Positions 28,377-38,189 of a stretch of DNA of 39,963 bases are shown piece after piece (within the stretch, counting starts at the first letter, position 1; the number at the start of each line of letters is the position of its first letter). The stretch lies in sequence record SRR2962707_1872, one strand, 5' to 3'. Made by a program: the position numbers and the translations under genes. The notes beneath the pieces were generated by a model. That model did no database searches, was not told the DNA's origin, and saw only the letters and a list, made by a program, of their open reading frames with translations.

Positions 28377-29690
28377 ATGAAGAATTTTGCAACTGGCGCG
28401 CTCGTCGCCGGGTCCACATTCTTGACGCCGCTGGCGGCCGCTGCGCAGACTGAAGTTCAATTTTGGCACGCATTTACGGGCCGTCTGGGTGAACTGGTTG
28501 CGGCACAAGTCAGTGACTTCAACGCAAGTCAGGATGACTTTACCGTCGTCGCGGCTCATAAAGGCAATTACTCAGAAACCCTGAACGCCGGGATCGCGGC
28601 ATTCCGCGCGGGCGAGCAACCTCAGATCCTGATGGTCTTCGAAGTTGGGACCGCGACAATGATGTCTGCGAAAGGCGCTATCCGTCCTGTTGCAGATGTC
28701 ATGGGCGCCTCTGGTGCAATGTTTGATTCTGACGGTTATATCGGCGCTGTGAAGGGGTATTACACCAGCACAGACGGCGAAATGTTGTCGCTGCCGTTCA
28801 ATTCTTCAACGCCCGTTTTGTGGGTCAACCGCAACGCCTTTAGCGATGCAGGTATTGACCCGGATACGGACCTGTCCACATGGCAAAATGTCGGGGCTGT
28901 TCTTGATCAACTGAAAGCGGCAGGAAACGATTGCCCGCTGACAACAGCCTGGCAGAGTTGGATTCATTTGGAAAACTTCTCAGCCTATCATGATGTGCCT
29001 TTTGCGACCAAAGACAATGGCTTTGCGGGCGTCGACACAGAGCTGGCGTTTAACGGAGCCGCGCAGGTTGCGCATATTTCCGCTATGGGCGAATGGGCGA
29101 AAGACGGCAAATTTTTCTACGCAGGACGTCGCAACGAAGGCGGCGCGAACTTCCGTGCCGGTGAATGTGCGTTGTTCACTGAAAGCTCAGCTGGCTATGC
29201 AGGTATCAAGGCTGAGGCCAAGTTTGACTTTGACGTGCGTCCTTTGCCCTATTGGGAAGGTGTCGGAAACAGCCCGCAAAACACCATCATCGGCGGAGCG
29301 TCTTTGTGGGTTATGGAAGGCCATGAAGCGGCAGAATACGAAGGTGTCGCTCAGTTCCTGTCGTACTTGTCCTCAGCGCCGGTTCAAGCGCAATGGCATC
29401 AGGATACAGGCTACCTTCCGATCACAACTGCCGCTGCTGACGCGACACGTGCCGCGGGCTTCTATGAAACCAACCCCGGAACGGATGTGGCTGTGATCCA
29501 GATGACCACAAACGAGCCAACCGCGAATTCCAAAGGTTTGCGCCTTGGGTCGTTTGACCAGATCCGCGGGATCATCGACGAAGAGCTCGAAGCCGTTTGG
29601 TCCGGCGACAAGGACGCGCAAACCGCGCTCGACAGCGCCGTACAGCGTGGCAATGGCCTTTTGCGTCGTTTCGAACAAGCGAACCGTTAA
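28377..29690 (+). CDS. ugpB: sn-glycerol-3-phosphate/glycerophosphodiester ABC substrate-binding protein
   Basis: Signal peptide; FWHA, KGNYSETL, VFEVGTATM, PFNSSTP, IIGGASLW, WHQDTGYLP, SKGLRLG; GGGAGG SD. Confidence 0.9.
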   Translation: MKNFATGALVAGSTFLTPLAAAAQTEVQFWHAFTGRLGELVAAQVSDFNASQDDFTVVAAHKGNYSETLNAGIAAFRAGEQPQILMVFEVGTATMMSAKGAIRPVADVMGASGAMFDSDGYIGAVKGYYTSTDGEMLSLPFNSSTPVLWVNRNAFSDAGIDPDTDLSTWQNVGAVLDQLKAAGNDCPLTTAWQSWIHLENFSAYHDVPFATKDNGFAGVDTELAFNGAAQVAHISAMGEWAKDGKFFYAGRRNEGGANFRAGECALFTESSAGYAGIKAEAKFDFDVRPLPYWEGVGNSPQNTIIGGASLWVMEGHEAAEYEGVAQFLSYLSSAPVQAQWHQDTGYLPITTAAADATRAAGFYETNPGTDVAVIQMTTNEPTANSKGLRLGSFDQIRGIIDEELEAVWSGDKDAQTALDSAVQRGNGLLRRFEQANR

Positions 29691-29701
29691 ACCTCTTGAC
29701 G

Positions 29702-29727
29702 TTGGGCGGCCAATAAAGGTCGCCCAA
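29702..29727 (+). other. Intercistronic stem-loop after ugpB
   Basis: TTGGGCGGCC-AATAAA-GGTCGCCCAA (10-bp stem with one G-U). Confidence 0.55.
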
Positions 29728-29749
29728 TCCTCTTTACAGGCAAGGCATT

Positions 29750-30631
29750 ATGGAAAAACGGGTCACTTTCAAAGGCTGGATATTGCCGCTGTGTCTCATC
29801 GCGCCACAGGTTTTTATCTCTGCCGTCTTCTTCTTTTATCCGGCGGGGCAGGCCATTTGGCAGTCCCTGTTCATTCCAGATCCGTTTGGCCTGTCGATGC
29901 AATATGTCGGTCTTGGCAACTTTGAGTATCTTCTGTCGGACCCGTATTACCGAACCTCCTTTGTCACGACCGCGGTTTTCTCCACCCTTGTGACGTTGAC
30001 CTCTATGATCCCAGCCTTGTTTTTGGCCGTTGTCGCCGATCGTCTGATTAAAGGCGCGGGCGTCTATCGGACCTTATTAATCTGGCCCTATGCCGTTGCC
30101 CCGGCCATTGCCGGTGTCTTGTGGCTTTTCATGTTCAACACCCGTGTCGGTGTGGTTTCCTGGTACCTTGGCCATTTGGGGTATGACTGGAACCACGTTC
30201 TGAACGGAGGCGAGGCCATGGGCCTTGTTGTGGTCGCATCCGCCTGGGGGCGGATAAGCTATAACTTTCTGTTCTTCTTTGCCGCGCTTCAAGCCGTACC
30301 CAAGTCTGTGATCGAAGCCGCTGCCATTGATGGTGCCCGGTTCTGGCGTCGGTTCTGGACAATCGTCCTGCCGTTGTTGTCACCGACGACCTTCTTTCTG
30401 TTGGTTGTGAATATCGTTTACGCCTTCTTTGAAACCTTTGGGGTCATCCACACGATCACCAGCGGTGGTCCGCAACAATCCACAACGATCCTTGTCTACA
30501 AAGTCTTTTCAGACGGGTTTGTTGGCCAAGACCTCGGCTCTTCAGCTGCACAGTCGGTTATCTTGTTGGTTGTGGTTGGGGCGCTGACAATCTTCCAGTT
30601 CAAATTCATCGAGCGGAGGGTGCACTATTGA
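29750..30631 (+). CDS. ugpA: Glycerol-3-phosphate ABC permease
   Basis: [51 protein letters not shown] end. Confidence 0.9.
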   Translation: MEKRVTFKGWILPLCLIAPQVFISAVFFFYPAGQAIWQSLFIPDPFGLSMQYVGLGNFEYLLSDPYYRTSFVTTAVFSTLVTLTSMIPALFLAVVADRLIKGAGVYRTLLIWPYAVAPAIAGVLWLFMFNTRVGVVSWYLGHLGYDWNHVLNGGEAMGLVVVASAWGRISYNFLFFFAALQAVPKSVIEAAAIDGARFWRRFWTIVLPLLSPTTFFLLVVNIVYAFFETFGVIHTITSGGPQQSTTILVYKVFSDGFVGQDLGSSAAQSVILLVVVGALTIFQFKFIERRVHY

Positions 30632-30657
30632 CCCATCCAAATGATCCTCCTCCCGGC

Positions 30658-31494
30658 ATGGTCGAGAAACGCGGGTCCAGTCTTTGGCTGAGCCATGTTC
30701 TGATGATCTTTGGTGTGTTGGTTGTCTTCTTTCCGATCTGGCTGGCATTTGTGGCGTCAACCGTCACACAACCTGAAATCGTCAGCCCGCCGATGCCACT
30801 TTGGCCCGGTGATCAGTTTCTAAACAACTATGGCAAAGCGCTTGTGTCCGGCGTGAACGTGCCGGTGGCGACGATGTTGCTGAACAGCCTTGTCATGGCG
30901 ATTGGTATTGCGGTTGGAAAAATCATCATCTCGCTGCTGTCGGCCTTTGCCATCGTCTATTTCCGCTTTCCCGGCAAAAGCGTCTTTTTCTGGCTGATCT
31001 TCCTGACCCTGATGCTGCCGGTCGAAGTGCGCATCGTACCGACCTATGAAGTCGTTGCCAGTTTTGGCATGCTCAACAGCTATGGCGGCTTGATCTTTCC
31101 GCTGATCGCGTCGGCCACAGCGACGTTCCTGTTTCGTCAGTTCTTTATGACGGTGCCGGATGAGCTTGCCGAGGCGGCGCGTGTGGATGGGGCAAGCCCG
31201 ATGCGGTTCTTTCGGGATATTCTCTTCCCGATGAGCCGAACCAATATCGCAGCGCTTTTCGTGATCCTGTTTATTTACGGCTGGAACCAATACCTTTGGC
31301 CGCTGCTCATCACCACAGATCCGGAAATGAACACCATCGTTATGGGCATCAAACAGATGTTCCCCTCCGGCGATGATGTTGCCGATTGGCCGGTCATCAT
31401 GGCCACGTCGATCCTTGCCATGATCCCGCCTGTGATCGTCGTCATCTCAATGCAGAAACTCTTTATCCGCGGCCTCGTGGACAGTGAAAAGTAG
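30658..31494 (+). CDS. ugpE: Glycerol-3-phosphate ABC permease
   Basis: TLMLPVEVRI.PT, ASATATFLFRQFF, EAARVDGA, WNQYLWPL, GLVDSEK end; start ATG 30658 or coupled TTG 30628. Confidence 0.9.
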   Translation: MVEKRGSSLWLSHVLMIFGVLVVFFPIWLAFVASTVTQPEIVSPPMPLWPGDQFLNNYGKALVSGVNVPVATMLLNSLVMAIGIAVGKIIISLLSAFAIVYFRFPGKSVFFWLIFLTLMLPVEVRIVPTYEVVASFGMLNSYGGLIFPLIASATATFLFRQFFMTVPDELAEAARVDGASPMRFFRDILFPMSRTNIAALFVILFIYGWNQYLWPLLITTDPEMNTIVMGIKQMFPSGDDVADWPVIMATSILAMIPPVIVVISMQKLFIRGLVDSEK

Positions 31495-31499
31495 GACCC

Positions 31500-32546
31500 A
31501 TGGCAACTGTATCTCTTAACGCCGTCAAGAAACGCTTTGGATCAACTGAGGTCATCCACGGCGTCAGCACAGACATCCAAGACGGTGAATTCATTGTCAT
31601 CGTTGGGCCGTCTGGTTGCGGAAAATCCACATTGCTGCGCATGGTGGCGGGGTTGGAAAGCGTATCCGAGGGCGAAATCCAAATCGGCAGCAAGCGCGTA
31701 AACGAGCTTGAGCCGATGGATCGCGACATCGCGATGGTGTTCCAAAACTATGCCCTATACCCGCATATGTCCGTACGTGAGAATATGGGCTACGGACTAA
31801 AGATCGCTGGTTTGTCAAAATCAGTGATTGAAGAAAAGGTACAGGCCGCAGCGAAGTTGTTGCAACTGGGAGAGTACCTTGACCGGCGGCCACGGGATTT
31901 GTCGGGTGGTCAGCGTCAGCGTGTCGCCATGGGGCGGGCCATTGTACGTGAACCGGCTGTGTTTTTGTTTGATGAACCCTTGTCAAATCTCGATGCAAAA
32001 CTGCGTGTTCAAATGCGCCTCGAGATCCGGGATTTGCAGGCCCGGCTTGGTATCACGGCGTTGTACGTAACTCATGATCAAGTCGAAGCGATGACCATGG
32101 CGGACCGGATGATCGTGATGAATGCAGGCCGCGCCGAACAAATCGGCACGCCACTTGAGGTTTATGAGCGCCCGCAAACTTTGTTTGCTGCGCAATTCAT
32201 CGGCAGCCCATCCATGAATGTCCTTGATGGGGTTATCGAAAACGGCGCTCTTCGTATCGGCGACGCGATGATTGAGTCGCAAACAACCGCGTCCGGTAAA
32301 GTGACCGTGGGCATTCGACCTGAGCATATCATTGCTGACCCTGACGGACCGCTGTCGGTCACCGTTCAGATGGGCGAACCTCTGGGCGCCAATACGCTGC
32401 TTCACGGGCGGATAGGCAATAGCCCGGATGCGTTCACAATCAGTCTACCCGGTGTCCATCATACCGATCCCGGAGAAAAGATTGCGTTCCGCGTTGATCC
32501 CGAAAATCTGCACTTCTTTGATCCAAGCAGTGGCGCTCGCATTTAA
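31500..32546 (+). CDS. ugpC: Glycerol-3-phosphate ABC ATP-binding protein
   Basis: GPSGCGKST, VFQNYALYPHM, LSGGQRQR, FLFDEP, FIGSPSMN. Confidence 0.9.
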   Translation: MATVSLNAVKKRFGSTEVIHGVSTDIQDGEFIVIVGPSGCGKSTLLRMVAGLESVSEGEIQIGSKRVNELEPMDRDIAMVFQNYALYPHMSVRENMGYGLKIAGLSKSVIEEKVQAAAKLLQLGEYLDRRPRDLSGGQRQRVAMGRAIVREPAVFLFDEPLSNLDAKLRVQMRLEIRDLQARLGITALYVTHDQVEAMTMADRMIVMNAGRAEQIGTPLEVYERPQTLFAAQFIGSPSMNVLDGVIENGALRIGDAMIESQTTASGKVTVGIRPEHIIADPDGPLSVTVQMGEPLGANTLLHGRIGNSPDAFTISLPGVHHTDPGEKIAFRVDPENLHFFDPSSGARI

Positions 32547-33463
32547 TGAGCGACGTCGGAACTCTTTCAAAAATTACTGTATTTGGGCACCGAGGCGCAC
32601 GAGGGATCTATCCTGAAAATACGATGGCGGGGTTTCGCTATCTGCGGGATATTGGGATCAATGCCGTAGAAGTTGACGTTCAGAATGCCGCAAACAGGGT
32701 GACGATCGTGGCGCATGATCCTTATATCGCGCCGGCCCTAACCAGAAACAGGCAGGGCGCTTGGATTGCCGAAGCACGCCAATCCATCCGGCACACGACG
32801 GTGACAGAGCTGGAAGAACTGGATGTTGGCACAATTCGACCCGGTTCTGAATATGCCGCACGCTTTCCAGATCAGGCGCGGCTTTCCGGTGAACATATCC
32901 CGACTTTTGCAACCTTTTGTGAATGGGCTGCCAGAGAACCTTCGCTTTTGGTGAATATCGAGATCAAATCCCATGCCATGTCTCCAGAGATCAACGATCC
33001 CCCGGATGTTTTGGCGGAAGATGTCATCAGACATTTAGCCCAGAACGACCTGTTAAAAAGAACCATCGTTTCGAGCTTTGATTGGCGTGTCATTCATGCC
33101 TGCCGTCGCCGCTGTCCAGAGCTTAAGCGTGGCTATTTAACGCTGAGCCAGCCCCACGGGACCACTATGGAGCCTAACTTGATCGACGGTTCTGACTGGA
33201 TGGGCGGAGAACGCCTCAGCGACCATCAAAACAGCCTGCCGCAGATGATTGCTGATCTTGGAGGGCATGTCTGGTGCCCGTACTATGAAGATTTGAACGA
33301 GCCTGATCTGTTACGGGCAAAGAAATGCGGGCTATGGGTCAATGTTTGGACCGTGAACAAAGCCGCAGACATTCATCGGATGGCAAACATGGGCGTGGAC
33401 GGCATAATTTCGGACTATCCTGCGCGGGTTCAAAATATCCTGGCAGCACGCGCGGAGAACTAG
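32546..33463 (+). CDS. Glycerophosphodiester phosphodiesterase (UgpQ/GlpQ family), no signal peptide
   Basis: GHRGARG..PENT, EVDV, AHD, NIEIK, SSFD, WTVN, GVDGIISDYP; TAATG coupling to ugpC. Confidence 0.9.
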   Translation: MSDVGTLSKITVFGHRGARGIYPENTMAGFRYLRDIGINAVEVDVQNAANRVTIVAHDPYIAPALTRNRQGAWIAEARQSIRHTTVTELEELDVGTIRPGSEYAARFPDQARLSGEHIPTFATFCEWAAREPSLLVNIEIKSHAMSPEINDPPDVLAEDVIRHLAQNDLLKRTIVSSFDWRVIHACRRRCPELKRGYLTLSQPHGTTMEPNLIDGSDWMGGERLSDHQNSLPQMIADLGGHVWCPYYEDLNEPDLLRAKKCGLWVNVWTVNKAADIHRMANMGVDGIISDYPARVQNILAARAEN

Positions 33464-33757
33464 CGGTTCAAAGACCAGAATCTGCTTTTCCTTTGGGCAT
33501 TTGGACACGGACCGCAATTGACGGAAAGCAGGGCTGTGATTGTGATATTGAACGTAGGCGGGAGCTATGGCTCTGCTGCTTTGACCGACGCTTTTGCATC
33601 ACCACCCATAACTTTAACTTGGTTGCAGGATTCTGACCAATTTGGTCTTTGGGTGCGACGGATGTCGTTATCATTCTGTCGTCGGTCACGTCTCTTTGTT
33701 CAAGTGGGATGAGTCGGGACGTGATCAATTGCCTCTCGCCATTTTCCAGAGTTTTGT

Positions 33758-34753
33758 TCACGGTCCTTTCGCCAAGAACGCGCGGATCGTTGCAAGCGTT
33801 AAGGACGGATTGTCCCAGATCATATTATGTCCGGCCTGCTTAATCACCACGAGGTCAGCATTGTTGAAGAGCGGGACATGTTGGCGTTGCAGGGCCACTC
33901 CGGTCCATGTGTTGCAGGCTCCGGCCATCAACAAAACAGGGCCGCCGAAATACTGCGCATGAAAGGCAATACCGTCCAATACATTCGGGTCAAACCCATC
34001 CATTGCCTGGCTTGATCTTGCTCCAAATCGCCATTGTGGCGCGGTATATCCTGCGCCACAATGGTATGGGTTCTTCGGATGGTTCGCGAAGACGTCGACC
34101 ATATGTCCGATCAGGAAATCGTCCGCGGCGTCCGGATCAACCGCGTCAACATGTTGGGCGCGGAACCCGGTCAGTATCGCTTCGCGCCAATAGGGCAGGC
34201 CGGACATATAGTTTTGGCTTTCTTCTTTCCAGCTTTGGTATCCGGCACTGTCTAGAAACCCCGGTTCCATCAGAACAGCGCGGCTTACTCTTTGCGGAAA
34301 TTGCCCAAGATAGGCGGTGGCCAAAATTGCGCCCCAAGAATGTCCGATCAAAATGGGGGGCGTTTCGGGCGACACGAGGTCAATCACGGCGTCAAGCTCA
34401 TCAATATACCCAGACAGACTTAGTGCCGCAGGGGCCACACGCTCCGAGAGCCCCGCGCCCCGCTGATCATAATAGACGAGCCGATAGCTGTCAGACAAAG
34501 CATCCAAGCCTTGAAGCTACCGGAAATCTGCCCCCGGTCCGCCATGCAAGACAATAATTGTGGGTGCGCCGCTTGGCCCGTCCGTAACGCGCATATGGAG
34601 CTTGGTTCCTGCAACGGTTTCAGAGGGCAAACCCGTGTCTTGGGTCACCAATTGACGAACGGAATACTCTCCCGAGGTTACCAGAAACAGGGCGACGATC
34701 AGAGCAATCGAAAGCAGAATGATGCCTCCGAAAATCTTTAGAAAAGCTCTCAT
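33758..34753 (-). pseudogene. Membrane-anchored alpha/beta hydrolase (proline iminopeptidase-like) interrupted by a single in-frame TAG
   Basis: ORFs 34753-34517 and 34507-33758 share a frame: ...HGGPGADFR-TAG-LQGLDALSD...YYDQRGAG...GHSWG...AGH. Stop at 34517-34519; the repaired gene would be 331 aa. Confidence 0.8.
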
Positions 34754-35802
34754 AACGGGTCTCTGTGTTTTTCGATGATCTTCAAGACCTGCATCATGAA
34801 ACCAAAGGGGCGTTTCGGTGCATCCGTCTGATTGAACGTCCCAACCAAAAAAATGTCAGAGCGCGGCGCATGGAAGGCAAAAGATCCACTGGCCCCAGGA
34901 TGCCCAATCAGTTCCGGCGTCTCTCGGAAAAGGTTCATCCATCGGGGCAATTTGAAACGCATCAAGCCAAGGCCGTATTGGAACGGAAAAAAGAGTGGAT
35001 TCCAGTCGTGCAACTGCGCCTCGTGTTTCCGGTCAAACAATCGATAGGCCCTATGGGCGCGCAAGAAGATCAAGAGCTCTTCCAGTGTCGAAATGACCCC
35101 ACCGTCAGGCCCCATGCTGCACAATGCCAACGGAATAGTCAGAGCTTGATCTTTATGATGGATATTCAGAAGGCGCGGCTCTTTTTTTATGGCGTTGGCG
35201 TTCTGCAACTCTGTTTGTCTCAGGCCCAGAGGGTCAAAGATACGGGCTTTGAAAACATCTTGGAGCGGTTGTTGTGTCGCGGCTTCAATCATTGCGCCGA
35301 GCAACTGAAAGTTCGTATCCGAATAGAAGGATCGACGATCATTTGGTGCTGATTTAGGTGGTAGTTCCTTGGCCATGCGCAGGACGTCATCCAGCCCATA
35401 AGACTGATCTTCATTTCGCATCAACGACCTTTCAAATGGCCCCTGATAATAATCCGCCAACCCAGATGTCTGGTGAAGTAAGTGACGCACCGTGACTTGA
35501 GCGCCGTATCTGATGCCTTTGACGGTGTGCAGATCGGTTAGATCGTAATCCGGCAACAGGCTCTGCGCCGGGGTGTCCAAGTTCAGACGACCCTCATCAA
35601 CAAGCTGCAAGATGACGGCGGCGGTGAACATTTTGGTAATGCTGGCTATGAAAAAGCGATGATGTACCTGTGCATCTCCTGCGCTGCCCGAGAAATGGAC
35701 CTGCTCATCGCCTGATTGCACGCCAAGCAATATCCCATGTGTGTTGGTTTTCGCCGCCGCACGATCAATCAGATGTTGCAGGTCAGTTTGAAGGGGTTTC
35801 AT
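34750..35802 (-). CDS. Serine hydrolase, beta-lactamase/D-peptidase family
   Basis: SxxK (ASITK), LLHQTSGL, YSDTN, YGLG, GHPG; start reassigned to ATG 35802 (AAGGAG SD); no signal peptide. Confidence 0.85.
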   Translation of the reverse strand: MKPLQTDLQHLIDRAAAKTNTHGILLGVQSGDEQVHFSGSAGDAQVHHRFFIASITKMFTAAVILQLVDEGRLNLDTPAQSLLPDYDLTDLHTVKGIRYGAQVTVRHLLHQTSGLADYYQGPFERSLMRNEDQSYGLDDVLRMAKELPPKSAPNDRRSFYSDTNFQLLGAMIEAATQQPLQDVFKARIFDPLGLRQTELQNANAIKKEPRLLNIHHKDQALTIPLALCSMGPDGGVISTLEELLIFLRAHRAYRLFDRKHEAQLHDWNPLFFPFQYGLGLMRFKLPRWMNLFRETPELIGHPGASGSFAFHAPRSDIFLVGTFNQTDAPKRPFGFMMQVLKIIEKHRDPL

Positions 35803-35816
35803 CGAATCCGCTCCTT

Positions 35817-36473
35817 TTATGCTTTGCGCCAAACAAGCGACAGGCCGACCGCAATGAACCAAACAATCGCGCCAAGTCCAAAGACCGCGCCAGCTGTATC
35901 GCCAAGGGATGGGATCAAGGTGGCAAGGCCAGCGGCACCGACCAGAATTCCCAAGCCAGCCGAAAACTTGTTCAGGCTGCGTCCGGTTAGACCTGCCAAG
36001 CTCACGCCAAGAATCCAGACTCCTCCGGCGATTTCATTACCGCCACCCAATCCCAATTCGACGGCATGAAGCACGCGCCAAAGCTCCACCGCGCCCTCCG
36101 GATCCGTCGTCGCAACGTGTAACACACGTTCGATGGCGACATTGGCAATCATACCTGCGGCCAAAACCAACGTCGTCCAAATAAGGCCCATGGCGCGCGT
36201 CACCGCTGCCCATTGGGGCGTTTCAGTCTTTTGCCGGTCGTACAGGGCCAAGACAAGAACGAGCAAGGCCAAAGAGTTCAGAATATAAATGACCGTATTC
36301 CAAAGGATCAAAAGACCCGGTTGGTCGCTAATAAAGGCAACCACCGCCTTTTCGTCGATGTCATTGCTGCCAAAGCCCAACGGGGCCAAAAGGGTGACCA
36401 AAAGGGCAAATCCGAAAAGATAGGTGGCCGCACAGGTCAGGCCTGCAAGGCCTCCTAGAGTTTGAAGTTTCAT
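35817..36473 (-). CDS. Integral membrane protein, DUF4386-like
   Basis: About 6 hydrophobic segments; LGGGNEIAGGVW motif; AAGGA SD. DUF assignment from memory of the family. Confidence 0.65.
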   Translation of the reverse strand: MKLQTLGGLAGLTCAATYLFGFALLVTLLAPLGFGSNDIDEKAVVAFISDQPGLLILWNTVIYILNSLALLVLVLALYDRQKTETPQWAAVTRAMGLIWTTLVLAAGMIANVAIERVLHVATTDPEGAVELWRVLHAVELGLGGGNEIAGGVWILGVSLAGLTGRSLNKFSAGLGILVGAAGLATLIPSLGDTAGAVFGLGAIVWFIAVGLSLVWRKA

Positions 36474-36509
36474 TGTGGTCTCCTTTTGACAGATGGGGGT
36501 AATAGGGCG

Positions 36510-37358
36510 TTAGTCTTGATCCGCGATGGTTTTAAAATGATCAACTAAATGGCGGCTTCCGAACTGAGTTGCTGTCATATTCAATCCAATGGCAGTCAAA
36601 AAGAACTGCGCTGGTCCAGCTATTCGGCGCGGTGCAAGACGTGGAATTAGCCTTACAATAATCCGCCGTAATATGTCAGGCAATCGAGTTATGCGGGCAG
36701 GGGTTTCGAGTACGTCAAAACACAGCTGCGCCAAATCATTATGAGTAAAGGTATCTGGCCCGCCAACATCCAGCCAAGGGGTGGCACGCTCAACGGCATC
36801 ATAAGCCGCCGATGCCAAATCAGCGCCGTGGATTGGGTTGATCCTATGAAGACCTTTGCCAAAAAGCCAAACCCGCCCTGCCTTTGCCATGCTTAGGACA
36901 TCGGCCATGTCCGAGAAATAGCCGGTCGGCGCGATCACGGTTGAACGGATGGGAGCTTGTTGCAGTTTGCGGACAAAGGCACTTTTGGCGGCCACAAGCG
37001 GGACGTTGTCCATCCGATCTGCGTGTAAGACATGGATAAAGGCAAATTGTGGGACCTGGCTGCGAAGCGCTTCTTCCAACAGGTTCACATTTGCCTGATA
37101 GTCGACGTCCCAATACCCGACCCCGTCCGCCTGACGGGTAATACCCAAAGCTGAGACAACCAGGTGACTGTCCGACATCACGCCGTGCAGGGTTTCAGGC
37201 CAGGTTGCTTCGGCCTCAACAAGCACATCGGCGGACAGGTCGGCGACGGCGCGTTTCTTGCGCACCAATGCCGTGACATGCCAACCACGTTGACGGTAAT
37301 GCACACACAGAAACCGCCCAAGGTAACCCGTGGCGCCGGCGATAAAAACGCGTTTCAT
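36510..37358 (-). CDS. Atypical SDR / NAD(P)H-binding oxidoreductase
   Basis: IAGATGYLG, VDYQANVNLL, PTGYFSD, NPIHGADLA, VGGP; AAAGGA SD. Confidence 0.85.
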   Translation of the reverse strand: MKRVFIAGATGYLGRFLCVHYRQRGWHVTALVRKKRAVADLSADVLVEAEATWPETLHGVMSDSHLVVSALGITRQADGVGYWDVDYQANVNLLEEALRSQVPQFAFIHVLHADRMDNVPLVAAKSAFVRKLQQAPIRSTVIAPTGYFSDMADVLSMAKAGRVWLFGKGLHRINPIHGADLASAAYDAVERATPWLDVGGPDTFTHNDLAQLCFDVLETPARITRLPDILRRIIVRLIPRLAPRRIAGPAQFFLTAIGLNMTATQFGSRHLVDHFKTIADQD

Positions 37359-37371
37359 TTAAATCGTCCTT

Positions 37372-37587
37372 TCAATTGCTCAAAGCACGCAAACTGGCCG
37401 ACGTAGCAGCCTTTCGATTTTGTGTAGTTGTCGCTTCGCCAAACGTTTCAATGTCCGCCCGGACATGGCCTGCGATTTGGGTTTCAAAGGGCAGCTCAAT
37501 ATGAGCGGCCCCCGTCAGAAGCGCGTGAAGTGCCTGAAATCTACAGGCTCGGATTCTCAGAATTTGCATCATTGTAACAGCATTCAT
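37372..37587 (-). CDS. Small hypothetical protein (71 aa)
   Basis: ATGA overlap with the upstream lipoprotein stop; ends 13 nt before the next gene, filling the operon gap. No recognised motif. Confidence 0.45.
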   Translation of the reverse strand: MNAVTMMQILRIRACRFQALHALLTGAAHIELPFETQIAGHVRADIETFGEATTTQNRKAATSASLRALSN

Positions 37588-37943
37588 CCGACGACGTGAT
37601 GGCCGCGGTTACGCAAACACTGAACGACAATCGCTTGACGTCGTTCGCCTGCGTTCACCATTCCTGCGATACCGCCAGCAAGGGCGCCAGCGATGGCACC
37701 GCCTAGTGCATCTCCGTCTGAATCCACTTCGCCCAGAACAGCACCGGCCCCTGCGCCCATTGCCGTCGCGCCAAGTGTCTCTCGATCGAATTGTTTTTGA
37801 TTGCGGGCCAGGTTTTGGCAGGCATTCAGATCAGATTGAAAGGCCGCTGTCTTAGGGCCGTCCAGAATTGGCTCATAGTTGGCACCACTGTTTCCGCACG
37901 CGGCAACGGCAAGAAGAACGGGGATCGGAACGAGGTATTTCAT
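37584..37943 (-). CDS. Glycine-zipper lipoprotein
   Basis: Lipobox VAA-C16; GATAMGAGAGAVLG and GGAIAGALAGGIAG zippers; flanking Cys pair (NACQ, QCL..RG); AAAGGA SD. Confidence 0.82.
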   Translation of the reverse strand: MKYLVPIPVLLAVAACGNSGANYEPILDGPKTAAFQSDLNACQNLARNQKQFDRETLGATAMGAGAGAVLGEVDSDGDALGGAIAGALAGGIAGMVNAGERRQAIVVQCLRNRGHHVVG

Positions 37944-38189
37944 GGGTCATGTCCTTTTCATAAATTGTGCCGGACTGACCTGCATATTTGTGAGGGCAGA
38001 ACGACGTTGTATGAAAAGGTTAGGACGGAGGAGCGCGACCATGCGACCTATCCGGCTTGGCAGAACGTACGAACAAGCTGGATCGAACGATCGACATTTT
38101 TTAGTGTTTAAAAACATTATCATAAAGGCAAGGTTCGGCGTGGGAAATTCGAAGTACCCAGCGTATCCGAACCCATGAACTGTCCTGAC

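Noticed and set aside
11185..32546. Similar nucleotide stretches among the three ABC ATPase genes as a repeat or duplication
   Set aside because: Confined to Walker A/B and signature motifs; ordinary paralogy.
34517..34519. Pyrrolysine or genome-wide TAG recoding
   Set aside because: No pyl genes in view, and TAG is a normal stop for other genes here (usp, ugpE, phosphodiesterase).
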